Positions 27,680 to 37,056 of a stretch of DNA of 64,000 nucleotides are shown here, in pieces. Under the pieces are notes generated by a model, which had not been told where the DNA came from, did no database searches, and saw nothing but the letters and a program-made list of their open reading frames with translations. Where the stretch lies: NCBI GenBank assembly GCA_963702435.1, contig CAVPCR010000002.1, positions 644,261-708,260 of the forward strand, read 5' to 3'. A program made the translations under genes and the position numbers. How positions within the stretch are numbered: position 1 is the stretch's first letter; each line of letters starts with the position of its first letter. This stretch comes from Candidatus Eiseniibacteriota bacterium (lineage in GTDB: Bacteria > Eisenbacteria > RBG-16-71-46 > CAVPCR01).

Positions 27680-30600
27680 CTAGCGGCGGACGACGGAGCG
27701 CAGAACGACCTCGTCCCGTACCCCGGACACGGTGCCGCGGGCCGAGACCGCACAGAGATACACCCCGTTGGCCACCTTATCTCCCTCTTCGTCCCGCCCA
27801 TCCCAAAAAACCTGCTGGATCCCCGGGGGCACCGGGGCGGCGATCTCCGGAAAGTACTCCCGGATGAGCTTCCCGCTCACCGTGAAGATCTTGACCTCCA
27901 CCTCGGCGGGCTCGGGGACCGCGAAGGAGAGGACGGTGCCCTGCCCGGCCTCGAGGTCGAAGGGGTTCGGGTAGAGCCCGGCCTCGCGGATGGCCATGGT
28001 CCCGCCCTGGATGACCGCGAACGGCACCTCCGCCTCGGTCCGGTTCAGGTAGTTGTCCGAGGCCACGATCGTGAGCGAGTGCGGGCCGGCGGCCAGGTCC
28101 GGCAGGGCGACCTCGATCGTCCCCGTGGTGGCGCTCCCCGGCTCGTAGACGAAGCGCTCGTTGAGCTCGACGGTCAACGCCTCGTCGATGCGCATGTAGG
28201 CCGAGTTCGACGGGGTGTTGCCGACCACGTTGATCCCGCTCTTGTCTTCTAGACGGATGGTGAGGAGGGCATTCGGGGGCACGGCGCTCGGGGAGGGCGC
28301 GTCGAACTCGGCCGCGACTTCCGGCCCGCCGTCGGTCTCCGGCTCGATCGGCTCGCCCCCCTCGACATCGAGGAAGAGAGCCGACTGCCCCACGCCGTCC
28401 CAGGCGTTCCCGCTCGCGTAGATCCGGGCCTCGCCGGCCCCCCGCCCCGGCGAGAGGCTCTGCGCGGCGTCGATCGGCACGATGATCTGCGCGGACAGCG
28501 TGTCGCCGGTCACGGTGAGGGTCGAGCGGAAGAAGGGATGTCCCGGCACGTAGTAGGTCACACCCGACTGGGGGACGCCGTGCGTGACGAGCGGGTAGGA
28601 GTCGCGGCCCTCGAACTGGCCCAGCCAGGACCCGGGCGGCGCGAAGTCGACCGGGTGCGCCTTGAGCGCATAGGGCACGCCGGCCACGAGCACGCTCGTG
28701 TCGCCGCGCGCCGTGGCGCCGGGGAAGCTCAACGCGAGGCGGCGCCCGGGCGTGCTCGGCGCGAGCGCCGGATCGCCGAGGAGCACGTACTTGCGCGCCC
28801 CGGCCGTGTCGTAGGCGGCGAGCGCGTTCTTCGCGTCGCCGAAGGCGCGCCCGAAGCTCTGCGGAGCGAGGAGGTCGCGGCCCGGGAACAGGCGCTCGTA
28901 GGTGCCCAGGTTCAGCACCTGGTTCGAGGAGATGAAGGCGAGGTCGGTGGCGCCGACCGAGGCTGCCGAGCCGCCGCCCGGATGGGTGACGAGCGCCTCG
29001 CCGATGCCCTCGCTCGACGGCTCGTCGAAGCGATTCACGGTGCAGGAGAAGGTCGAGAAGAAGGGCAGCCGCCCGTCGTTCGCGAGCTGGCCCACGTTCT
29101 CGATCTTGAACACCGACTCGTGCGCCAGGACGATCGGCGACCCGTGCCCGATGTAGTTCACGATCGCGGCGCCGGCGTCAAAGGCGGCGATGAAGGCGTC
29201 GCGCGCCGCCGGCTTCGCCCGCGGGTAGGTGCAGGGCTCGCAGGGATAGTCGGGGAGGTAGATCTTCTCGATGTCGAGCTCCGGCGGCAGGAGCTGCGCC
29301 ACCTCCTCGCTGTTCGCGACATGGTAGAAACCCTCGAGGCGCGGCGGATCGCCCGCGATCTCGTCGTCGGCGAGGAGGATCGCCTGCTGCCGCCAGGGGC
29401 CGAAGGGCGGGTCCTCGAGGAAGGGAACCATCTTCGAATCCACGAGCACCTGCGCCTCGTCGCGGCTCCCGGCCGGCAGGCGGCCGACGTGGAGATCGGT
29501 CAGGCGATCGGGCGGCGTCTCGAGCTCGGTGCCGAAGGTGCGGACGTAGTAGTCGTCCGAGACGTAATCGGAGCCGCCATACTCCCCGCCGATCCAGTTC
29601 CAGAACTGGGGTGCCGGGATGAGATCGGTCTCGCGCGTGCCGTCGCCGTAGAAGTCCTTCGGATCGTACGAGGCGTCGCCGAGGAGGCACACGTAGCGGG
29701 GCGGCGCCGCCCAGGTGTGGAACGCGTAGTCGACGAAATTGCGGATGGCGATCTCGCTCTTCAGGCCCCAGCCGAACTCGTCGTAGACGTCGGAGGCGCG
29801 CACGGCGAGCGGCATCCCGTCGGGTGCCCCCTCGGGCGGCGGCACGCGCCGGTGGGCCTCGGCGAGCCGCACCGCCTCCTGGATCATCGAATCGTGCGCG
29901 ATCACGACGTACCAGGCGGCATTGCCTGCGCGCCGGAGATGCGGCTGGCTCTGGTCCACCTCGACCGCTGCCGGGGCCGCGGCCGCGGCTCCGACCAGGA
30001 ACTTGGCCGGGACGGCCGGGTCGAGGTTCGCCAGGTAGCGGAGCGTCGTGCCGCTCCACTCGACGCCGGTGAGATCGACCGGTGCGGTCGGATCGCTCAC
30101 GTCGAGGACGCGCGCGCCGGCCGGGGCCCCGGTGATCTGGACGGTGGCGGGCCCCGGATCGCCGGCCGGCACCACCTCGCCGCCGCTCTCGCCGGTCAGG
30201 TCGAGCCGGCGCGCGTAGCCGAAGTCGTACCAGGCGAACATGACCTGGTCGCTGCGCTGGGGCTTCTGCGGGTCGACGACCGTGAGCACATCCATCTGGA
30301 TGCGGTTGTCCCCGTCCACGAGCGCGAGCGAGTTGCTCACGATGTCCTGGCGGCCCGAGAGCTGGAAGCGCGGTCCGTCCCAGATGAAGGTGTCGGCGCC
30401 GGCCGCCGTGAGGATCGGCACGCCGTTGAACCACGCCCGCGCGTAGTGGTCGCGGATCGGCGGACTGGAGAGAAGACTCCCCATGCTCGTGTAGCCCCAC
30501 AGGCGGAGGCGCAGGGAGCCGGGCACGGCGAGGTCGGCCTTCTGCGGCCGCACCGTGTAGGACGCGGCGGCGTCGCGGTCGACGAACGTCGTCTCGAACC

Positions 30601-31921
30601 AGCGCTCCCACTTCTGCCCCGGCTCGTAGAGATCGGAGAGGTAGCGCCGGTTCCGCTCGTTGTGGATCCGCGCCCGGCCGCGGTCGACGACCGGCGCTCC
30701 CGCCGGCGCCGCGGTGCGCGACGCGATTCTTCGCGGCGGATCGGGAAAATCCCCGCCCCACGTGAGCCAGTAGAGGCCGTTCCGCAAGCGCTGGTTCTCG
30801 ACGTAGTCGAGGGCGTAGGGGCCGCCCCGGAAGTCGTCGCGCCAGCCCGACGCGCCCTGGCCGAAGAAGAGGACGGCGTCCTCGGCGGCGAAGCTCTGGT
30901 CCGCGCCGCCTTCGATCTCGATCGCGCACTCGGTCATGAACTCGGGCGCGAGCGCCGAGCGCGGGCTCACGCCGGGCTCGGGATCGAGGCCGCCGCCCCA
31001 GAAGACGCGGAGGGTGGCCGGGTCGATCGCCGAGAGGTCCACCCCGGCCGCGGCGAGCCGGGCCCCATCCACGCGCACGAGCCCCCGCACCGCCACCGAT
31101 ACCTTGACCCAGTGGGTCGAGCTCTCGAAGCTCGCGCCCTGTCGGGCGCCGAGCGGGGCCCGACCGCGGGCCGCCCCCGCCGCGGTGCGCGGCCGGGCGA
31201 AGGTGCGGGCGGCCTCGCCGTTGAGGACGGCGCTCGCCGCGGCCGGAGCGATCCCCTCCGCGGCGCGGCGGACGTCGCCGCCGGCGGTCACGATCCGCAC
31301 CTCGATCCGTTCGGCGACGCGGAGAACCTCGCGCTCCGGATCGAAGACGGCAGGCCGCACCGTGACCGCGACCACGTCGAGCTCGCCCATCTGCTGGACC
31401 GGGGAGAGAGTCACCCTTGCTTCGGGATAGGCGCGCGCGTAGAGCGCGGGATCGGGCTCGGCGATCCAGGTCGGGGGCTCGCCGGGCGCGGGGCGCGGGC
31501 CGGGGGTCGGGGCCGGCGCGACGCGAACCCCGGCGATCTCCTGCTCGGGGCCGAGGGTGACCTGGAGCGCCGGCGCGGCGCCGGCGGGAACGGCGATGAG
31601 GACCGTCAGGCCGGGGAGGTCGGGTGCTCCGGGCGGGCTCAGGGACGGGAATCCGTCGAGATCGACGCGCACGCCGATGGCGGCTGCTTCCTTGCCGGCA
31701 CCGACCGGCTCGCCGGCCGCGTCCGCCGGCGCCACCAGGCGCGGCGCCCCGGCGGTGACGCGGAGCGTGGTGCCGCTCGGGTCGCTCGCGACGAGCTCGA
31801 CGGGGCCGGGGGCGGGCGACCCCGATCCCGGCGCCGCCGATGGCGCGCCGGTAAGGACGAACGCGAGACCGCAGGAAACGCCGGTGACGAGCGCGGCGAG
31901 CGCGATGAACGACTTGCGCAC
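27680..31921 (-). CDS. porU: PorU-like C25 (gingipain-family) cysteine peptidase/sortase with C-terminal FlgD-Ig/CTD
   Basis: YVCLLGDASYD, SDDYY, VGRLP, catalytic VNYIGHGS and FSCTVNRFD, LLGDP, LEDKSGIN, YPNPF...KIFTVSGKLI...WDGRDEEGDKVANGVY. Confidence 0.85.
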   Translation of the reverse strand: MRKSFIALAALVTGVSCGLAFVLTGAPSAAPGSGSPAPGPVELVASDPSGTTLRVTAGAPRLVAPADAAGEPVGAGKEAAAIGVRVDLDGFPSLSPPGAPDLPGLTVLIAVPAGAAPALQVTLGPEQEIAGVRVAPAPTPGPRPAPGEPPTWIAEPDPALYARAYPEARVTLSPVQQMGELDVVAVTVRPAVFDPEREVLRVAERIEVRIVTAGGDVRRAAEGIAPAAASAVLNGEAARTFARPRTAAGAARGRAPLGARQGASFESSTHWVKVSVAVRGLVRVDGARLAAAGVDLSAIDPATLRVFWGGGLDPEPGVSPRSALAPEFMTECAIEIEGGADQSFAAEDAVLFFGQGASGWRDDFRGGPYALDYVENQRLRNGLYWLTWGGDFPDPPRRIASRTAAPAGAPVVDRGRARIHNERNRRYLSDLYEPGQKWERWFETTFVDRDAAASYTVRPQKADLAVPGSLRLRLWGYTSMGSLLSSPPIRDHYARAWFNGVPILTAAGADTFIWDGPRFQLSGRQDIVSNSLALVDGDNRIQMDVLTVVDPQKPQRSDQVMFAWYDFGYARRLDLTGESGGEVVPAGDPGPATVQITGAPAGARVLDVSDPTAPVDLTGVEWSGTTLRYLANLDPAVPAKFLVGAAAAAPAAVEVDQSQPHLRRAGNAAWYVVIAHDSMIQEAVRLAEAHRRVPPPEGAPDGMPLAVRASDVYDEFGWGLKSEIAIRNFVDYAFHTWAAPPRYVCLLGDASYDPKDFYGDGTRETDLIPAPQFWNWIGGEYGGSDYVSDDYYVRTFGTELETPPDRLTDLHVGRLPAGSRDEAQVLVDSKMVPFLEDPPFGPWRQQAILLADDEIAGDPPRLEGFYHVANSEEVAQLLPPELDIEKIYLPDYPCEPCTYPRAKPAARDAFIAAFDAGAAIVNYIGHGSPIVLAHESVFKIENVGQLANDGRLPFFSTFSCTVNRFDEPSSEGIGEALVTHPGGGSAASVGATDLAFISSNQVLNLGTYERLFPGRDLLAPQSFGRAFGDAKNALAAYDTAGARKYVLLGDPALAPSTPGRRLALSFPGATARGDTSVLVAGVPYALKAHPVDFAPPGSWLGQFEGRDSYPLVTHGVPQSGVTYYVPGHPFFRSTLTVTGDTLSAQIIVPIDAAQSLSPGRGAGEARIYASGNAWDGVGQSALFLDVEGGEPIEPETDGGPEVAAEFDAPSPSAVPPNALLTIRLEDKSGINVVGNTPSNSAYMRIDEALTVELNERFVYEPGSATTGTIEVALPDLAAGPHSLTIVASDNYLNRTEAEVPFAVIQGGTMAIREAGLYPNPFDLEAGQGTVLSFAVPEPAEVEVKIFTVSGKLIREYFPEIAAPVPPGIQQVFWDGRDEEGDKVANGVYLCAVSARGTVSGVRDEVVLRSVVRR

Positions 31922-32056
31922 GTGCAGGAACCCTCTGCGACCGCCCGGGGCCGGCCGCTATTTACTGCGGGTGACCGCAGATATCAACAACAAGCGCCGC
32001 GGTGGGGGTGCGCGCGCCGCAGGAGCTCGGCGCCGCAGGACGCGGGCGCCGCCACC

Positions 32057-32263
32057 CTACCCGGCCGTCCCGCCGCGCGGCGGCGGCCCGGCCTCGCCGA
32101 TCGGCTCGGCCTCGTCGACGAGCATGACGGGAATGTCGTCCTCGACGCGATAGCGCAGCCGGCAGGCGTGGCAGGTGAGCTTCTCGTTCAGCCGGTCGTA
32201 CTCGAGATCCCCCTTGCAGGCGGGGCAGACGAGAATGGCAAGGAGCTGATCCGACAGGGGCAT
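32057..32263 (-). CDS. Trm112/YcaR family protein
   Basis: LLAILVCPACKGDL...C..C...Y.VEDDIPVMLVDEA. Confidence 0.9.
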   Translation of the reverse strand: MPLSDQLLAILVCPACKGDLEYDRLNEKLTCHACRLRYRVEDDIPVMLVDEAEPIGEAGPPPRGGTAG

Positions 32264-32429
32264 GCGTCGCACTCCTGAACGTGGGCTGCTCTAGGGCTTT
32301 GGGTGGGCTCCGGGCGGCGCCCGGTGCCGGGGAGTTTATCCGGCCGGGGAGTGGGCGGCAAGCCGCACCCGCGCCGGTCCGCGGCCGGGGCGGCCGGGGC
32401 GGCCGGGGCGCGGCGCGGCGCCCGGAGTC

Positions 32430-33401
32430 CTAGATCTCCTTGTACACCCCCATCGCCTGAAATTTCCGCACCCGCTGGCGCCGGCGCTCGGCCGGCGCCA
32501 TGGCCTCGAGCTCGTCCAGATGGCGGATGACCGCCTCCTCGATCACCAGCGCCACCTGCTCCGGGTCGCGGTGCGCCCCCCCGAGCGGCTCGGGCAGGAC
32601 CTCGTCGACGATGCCTAGCTCCTTCAGATCGCGGGAGGTGATCTTGAGCGCCTCCGCGGCGTCGGGCGCCCGCGCCCGATCCCGCCACAGGATGGCGGCG
32701 CACCCCTCCGGCGAGATCACCGAGTAGATGGCGTTCTCGAGCATGAGGAGCCGATCGGTGACGCCGATGGCGAGCGCCCCGCCCGAGCCGCCCTCGCCGA
32801 TGACGACGCCGACGACCGGTACCTCGAGCCGCGCCATCTCGCGGAGGTTCCGGGCGATGGCCTCGAACTGCCCGCGCTCCTCGGCCCCGATCCCGGGGTA
32901 GGCCCCGGGCGTGTCGATGAAGGTGAGGACGGGGAGGCCGAACCGACTCGCCGTCTGCATGACGCGAAGCGCCTTCCGGTAGCCTTCGGGGTGCGGCATA
33001 CCGAAGAAGCGCCGGATGTTCTCCTTGGTATCGCGCCCCTTCTGGTGGCCGACGATGACGGCCGAGCGGCCCGCGAGGCGGCCCATCCCGGTCACGATGG
33101 CCTGGTCGTCGGCGAAGCCCCGATCCCCGTGCAACTCGACGAAGTCGGGCACCAGGATCTTCAGGTAGTCGAGCGTGTACGGGCGCTGCGGATGGCGGGC
33201 GAGCTGCACGCGCTGCCAGCGCGTGAGCCGCGAGTAGACCTCGTGGCGCACCTTCTCGGCGCGGCGCGACAGGCGCTCGTATTCCTCCTTGAACTCGGGA
33301 TCGCCGCGGTCGGCGAACGAGCGCAGCTCCGCGAGCCGCTTGTCGATCTCGACGACCGGCCGCTCGAAGTCGAGCCAGGCTCCGTTCGAGGATGGGGCCA
33401 T
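32430..33401 (-). CDS. accA: Acetyl-CoA carboxylase carboxyltransferase alpha subunit
   Basis: [71 protein letters not shown]. Confidence 0.96.
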   Translation of the reverse strand: MAPSSNGAWLDFERPVVEIDKRLAELRSFADRGDPEFKEEYERLSRRAEKVRHEVYSRLTRWQRVQLARHPQRPYTLDYLKILVPDFVELHGDRGFADDQAIVTGMGRLAGRSAVIVGHQKGRDTKENIRRFFGMPHPEGYRKALRVMQTASRFGLPVLTFIDTPGAYPGIGAEERGQFEAIARNLREMARLEVPVVGVVIGEGGSGGALAIGVTDRLLMLENAIYSVISPEGCAAILWRDRARAPDAAEALKITSRDLKELGIVDEVLPEPLGGAHRDPEQVALVIEEAVIRHLDELEAMAPAERRRQRVRKFQAMGVYKEI

Positions 33402-33438
33402 GCCGCTTCCTCCTCTGCCGCCCTCTCTACGGGCTGTG

Positions 33439-36400
33439 CTAGGCCATCCCGGCCGGCACGGCCTCGCGCTTGCGGAGCCGGACGCGCTCCTCGCCCACCA
33501 GCTCGGCGAGCTCGCGGAGCACGTCGCGGGAGAGCTCCACCTGCCGGCCCTTGGCCAGCACGCGCACCGAGTCGCCGGTGGCGCCGAACACCTTGAAGAT
33601 GACCTGCCCGGGTCCGGGATGGCGCGCGAGCGTCCGATCCAGAGCCTCGACCAGCTCCGCCGTGGCGCCGGCGTCGAGCTCGATCTCGAGCGCACCCACG
33701 AGATCGCGGCGCGCCCGCTCGAAGGACATGACGCACCCGGCGACGATCTTCGGCTCCTCGTTCTCGCGCGTCGACACCCTCCCCTCGACCGCCACCACTT
33801 GGTCGAGGGCGAGATCGCTCCCCGCCGCCTCGCAGGCGTCGGCGAACACGAGCACCTCGATCTGGCCCGCGAAGTCCTCGAGGGTGACGAAGGCCATCGG
33901 CTTGCCCTTGCGATCGGCGATCCGCTTGATCGCGCTCACGAGTCCGACCAGACGCACCTCGGTGCCGTCGGCAAGCGAGGCCAGGACCTGCGCGTCCGCG
34001 TTCGAGATCGCCTCGATCTCGGTGCGCAGCGCCGCGAGCGGATGATCGGTCAGGTAGAAGCCGAGGAACTCCTTCTCCTTGGCGATCCTCGTCTTAGAGT
34101 CCCAGGGTTCGACCGCGGGGAGCCGCGGCGACTCGATCTCGGGAGCGACCTCCCCGAACAGGGACTCCTGCCCGCGCGCGCGTTCGCGCTGGGTGCGCTG
34201 GCCGACCGAGAACGCCTCCACCGCCGCCGCCACGAGCTCGGCGCGGTGTCCGCCCAGCGAGTCGGCGGCCCCGGCCCCGACCAGGCTCTCGAGCACGCGG
34301 CGATTCACCTTGCCGAGATCCACGCGCCGGCAGAGGTCGAAGAGCGTGACGAACGGCCCCTCCGCCTCCCGCGCCGCCAGGATCTCGGCGATCGCACCCG
34401 GCCCCACGTTCTTGACCGCGCCGAGGCCGAAGCGGATCCGCCCCTCCTCGACGGTGAAGTGCGCGTACGAGGAGTTCACGTCGGGCGGCCTGACCTCGAT
34501 CGCCATGCGCCGGCACTCGTCGACCAGGATGACGATGCGGTCGGAGGTGTCCATCTCCGAGGTCAGGGAGGCGGCCATGAACTCGACCGGATAGTGCGCC
34601 TTGAGGTACGCGGTGACGACCGAGATGAGCGCGTAGGCCGCGGAGTGCGACTTGTTGAAACCGTAGCCCGCGAAGTGCGCCATCAGATCGAAGATGCGCG
34701 TGGCCTTCCCCTCCGGAGTCCCGCGCGCCACGGCGCCCGGCGACGAAGGCGGCCCGCTGCTTGGCCATCTCCTCGGGCTTCTTCTTGCCCATCGCCTTGC
34801 GCAGGATGTCGGCCTGGCCGAGCGAGAAGCCGCCGAGCGCCGAGGCGATCTGCATCACCTGCTCCTGGTAGAGGATGATGCCGTAGGTCTCGGCGAGGAT
34901 GGGCTCGAGCGCCGGGTGCTCGTACTCGATCTTCTTCCGCCCGTGCTTGCGCGTCGATGAAGTCGTCCACCATGCCCGAGCCGAGCGGGCCCGGGCCGGA
35001 AGAGGGCGTTGACCGCGATCACGTCCTCGAACGCGGCCGGCTGCAGCCGGCGCAGGAGATCGCGCATGCCGCGTCGATTCGAGCTGGAAGACGCCCACCG
35101 TCTCCGCGTGCTGCAGGAGCTCGTAGGTCTCCGGGTCGTCGAGCGGGATCGTCTCCACCTTGAGCTCGACGCCGCGCAGCTCCTCGAGCATGGCGCAACG
35201 CCTCCTGGATCACGGTGAGCGTGCGCAGCCCGAGGAAGTCCATCTTGAGGAGGCCGACCTTCTCGACCGCCTTCATGTCCTACTGGGTGGTGACCTCGCC
35301 CTTGGTCGACTTGTAGAGCGGCACGTTGTCGACGAGCGGGGTCGGCGTGATGAGCACGCCGGCGGCGTGGACCGAGGCGTGGCGGCACAGGCCCTCGAGA
35401 GTCGGCGCGCCGAGATGAGGAGCTTCTCGTACACCTCCTCCTTGCTCGGGAGGTCGCGGAGCTCGGGCACCTGCTCGACCGCGTCGTCGAGCGTGATGCC
35501 GAGTCTCGGCGGGGACCAGCTTGGCGATGCGGTCCACGTCGGCGAAGGGCAGGTTGAGCGCCCGCCCCACGTCGCGCAGCACGCCGCGCGCCCCCATCGT
35601 CCCGAAGGTGATGATCTGGGTGACGCAGTCCTCGCCGTACTTCTGGATCACGTAGTCGATGACCTCGCCACGCCGCTCGAAGTCAGAAGTCGATGTCGAT
35701 GTCGGGCATGGAGATGCGCTCCGGATTCAGGAAGCGCTCGAAGAGGAGCCCGAAGCGGAGAGGGTCGATGTCGGTGATGCCGAGGGCAGTAGGAGACGAG
35801 GCTCCCCGCCGCCGAGCCGCGGCCGGGGCCGACCGCGATCCCCTCTCGCGCGCGCGGTGCATGAAGTCGCGCACGATGAGGAAGTAGCCGGCGTAGCCCA
35901 TGCGGATGATGACGTCGAGCTCGTAGTCGAGGCGCGCCTCGATCGCGGGCGTCGCTTCGGCGTAGCGGCGGACGAGCCCGGCGCGCGCCAGGTCGCGGAG
36001 ATAGTCGTCCACGGTCGTCGTAGCCGGCGGGCAGCGGGAAGTGGGGCAGGTGGAGCTTGCCGAGATCGAGCGCGAAGTCGCAGCCCTCGGCGATGGCGAG
36101 CGTATTGGCGATGGCCGCCGGCTGCTCGCCGAAGACCTTGAGCATTTCCTCGGGCGACTTGAAGTAGAGCTGGTTCGACCCGTACTTCATGCGGCCGGGA
36201 GTGTCCACTGTCTTCCCGGTCTGGATGCAGAGGAGGAGATCGTGCGATTCGGCGTTGTTGCAGTCGAGGTAGTGGCAGTCGTTGGTGGCGACGAGCGGGA
36301 TTCCGGTCTCCTTTGAGATCGCGATGAGCTCGACGTCCACCTGCTTCTGGGCCGGGATGCCGTGATCCTGGAGCTCGAGGTAGAAGTTCCCGGGGCCGAA

Positions 36401-36907
36401 GATGTCGCGGTAGCGGAGCGCTGCGGCCACCGCGGCCCGGCGGTCGCCGCGGAGGGCGTGGTACGGCACCTCGCCCTTCAGGCAGGCCGAGAGCCCGACC
36501 AATCCGCGCGCGTGCTCGGCGAGGAGCGCATGATCGATCCGCGGCTTGTAGTAGAACCCCTCGAGGTACGCGCGCGAGGTGAGCCGCATCAGGTTCTGGT
36601 AGCCCTCGCGGTCGCGGGCGAGGAGGACGAGGTGAAAGTAGCGGCTCGACGGATCGCCGCCCTTCTCGCGCTCGGTGTAGCGGCCCGCGGTGATGTAGGC
36701 CTCGATGCCGATGATCGGCTTGACGCCGGCCCCGCGCATCCGCTCGTAGAAGTCCACCGCCCCGAACAGGTTGCCGTGATCGGTGAGGGCGATCGCCGGC
36801 ATGCCGAGCTTCGCGACGCGCTCCGCCATGGCATCCAGGCGGGTCGCCCCGTCGAGCAGGCTGTAGTCCGAGTGGTTGTGCAGGTGGACGAACTGGGGAT
36901 GACTCAT
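33439..36907 (-). CDS. dnaE: DNA polymerase III alpha subunit (reading frame broken repeatedly in 34730-36020)
   Basis: [77 protein letters not shown] and an OB fold, recovered across several frames. Confidence 0.92.
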
Positions 36908-37056
36908 CGGGGCAACTCCTCGCGTTCGCTCCACTTGTAGCACAGGCCGAGCGGCGGTGACAACCGACTCCGGAGGGCGCGCGACCGGGCGCGAGCCGTG
37001 GACGGGAGGACCGCGGCGCTGCGCGCCGCTCGCGAGGACGGCTTTTCGACCGCCTC

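Noticed and set aside
19506..32278. Very long plus-strand ORFs (1342 aa, 1246 aa and similar)
   Set aside because: Antisense shadows of real minus-strand genes, expected at high GC; no recognisable motifs.
34730..36020. Intein, split dnaE or programmed frameshifting
   Set aside because: Total length fits a normal DnaE, there are no intein motifs, and the many scattered indels lack slippery-site logic.
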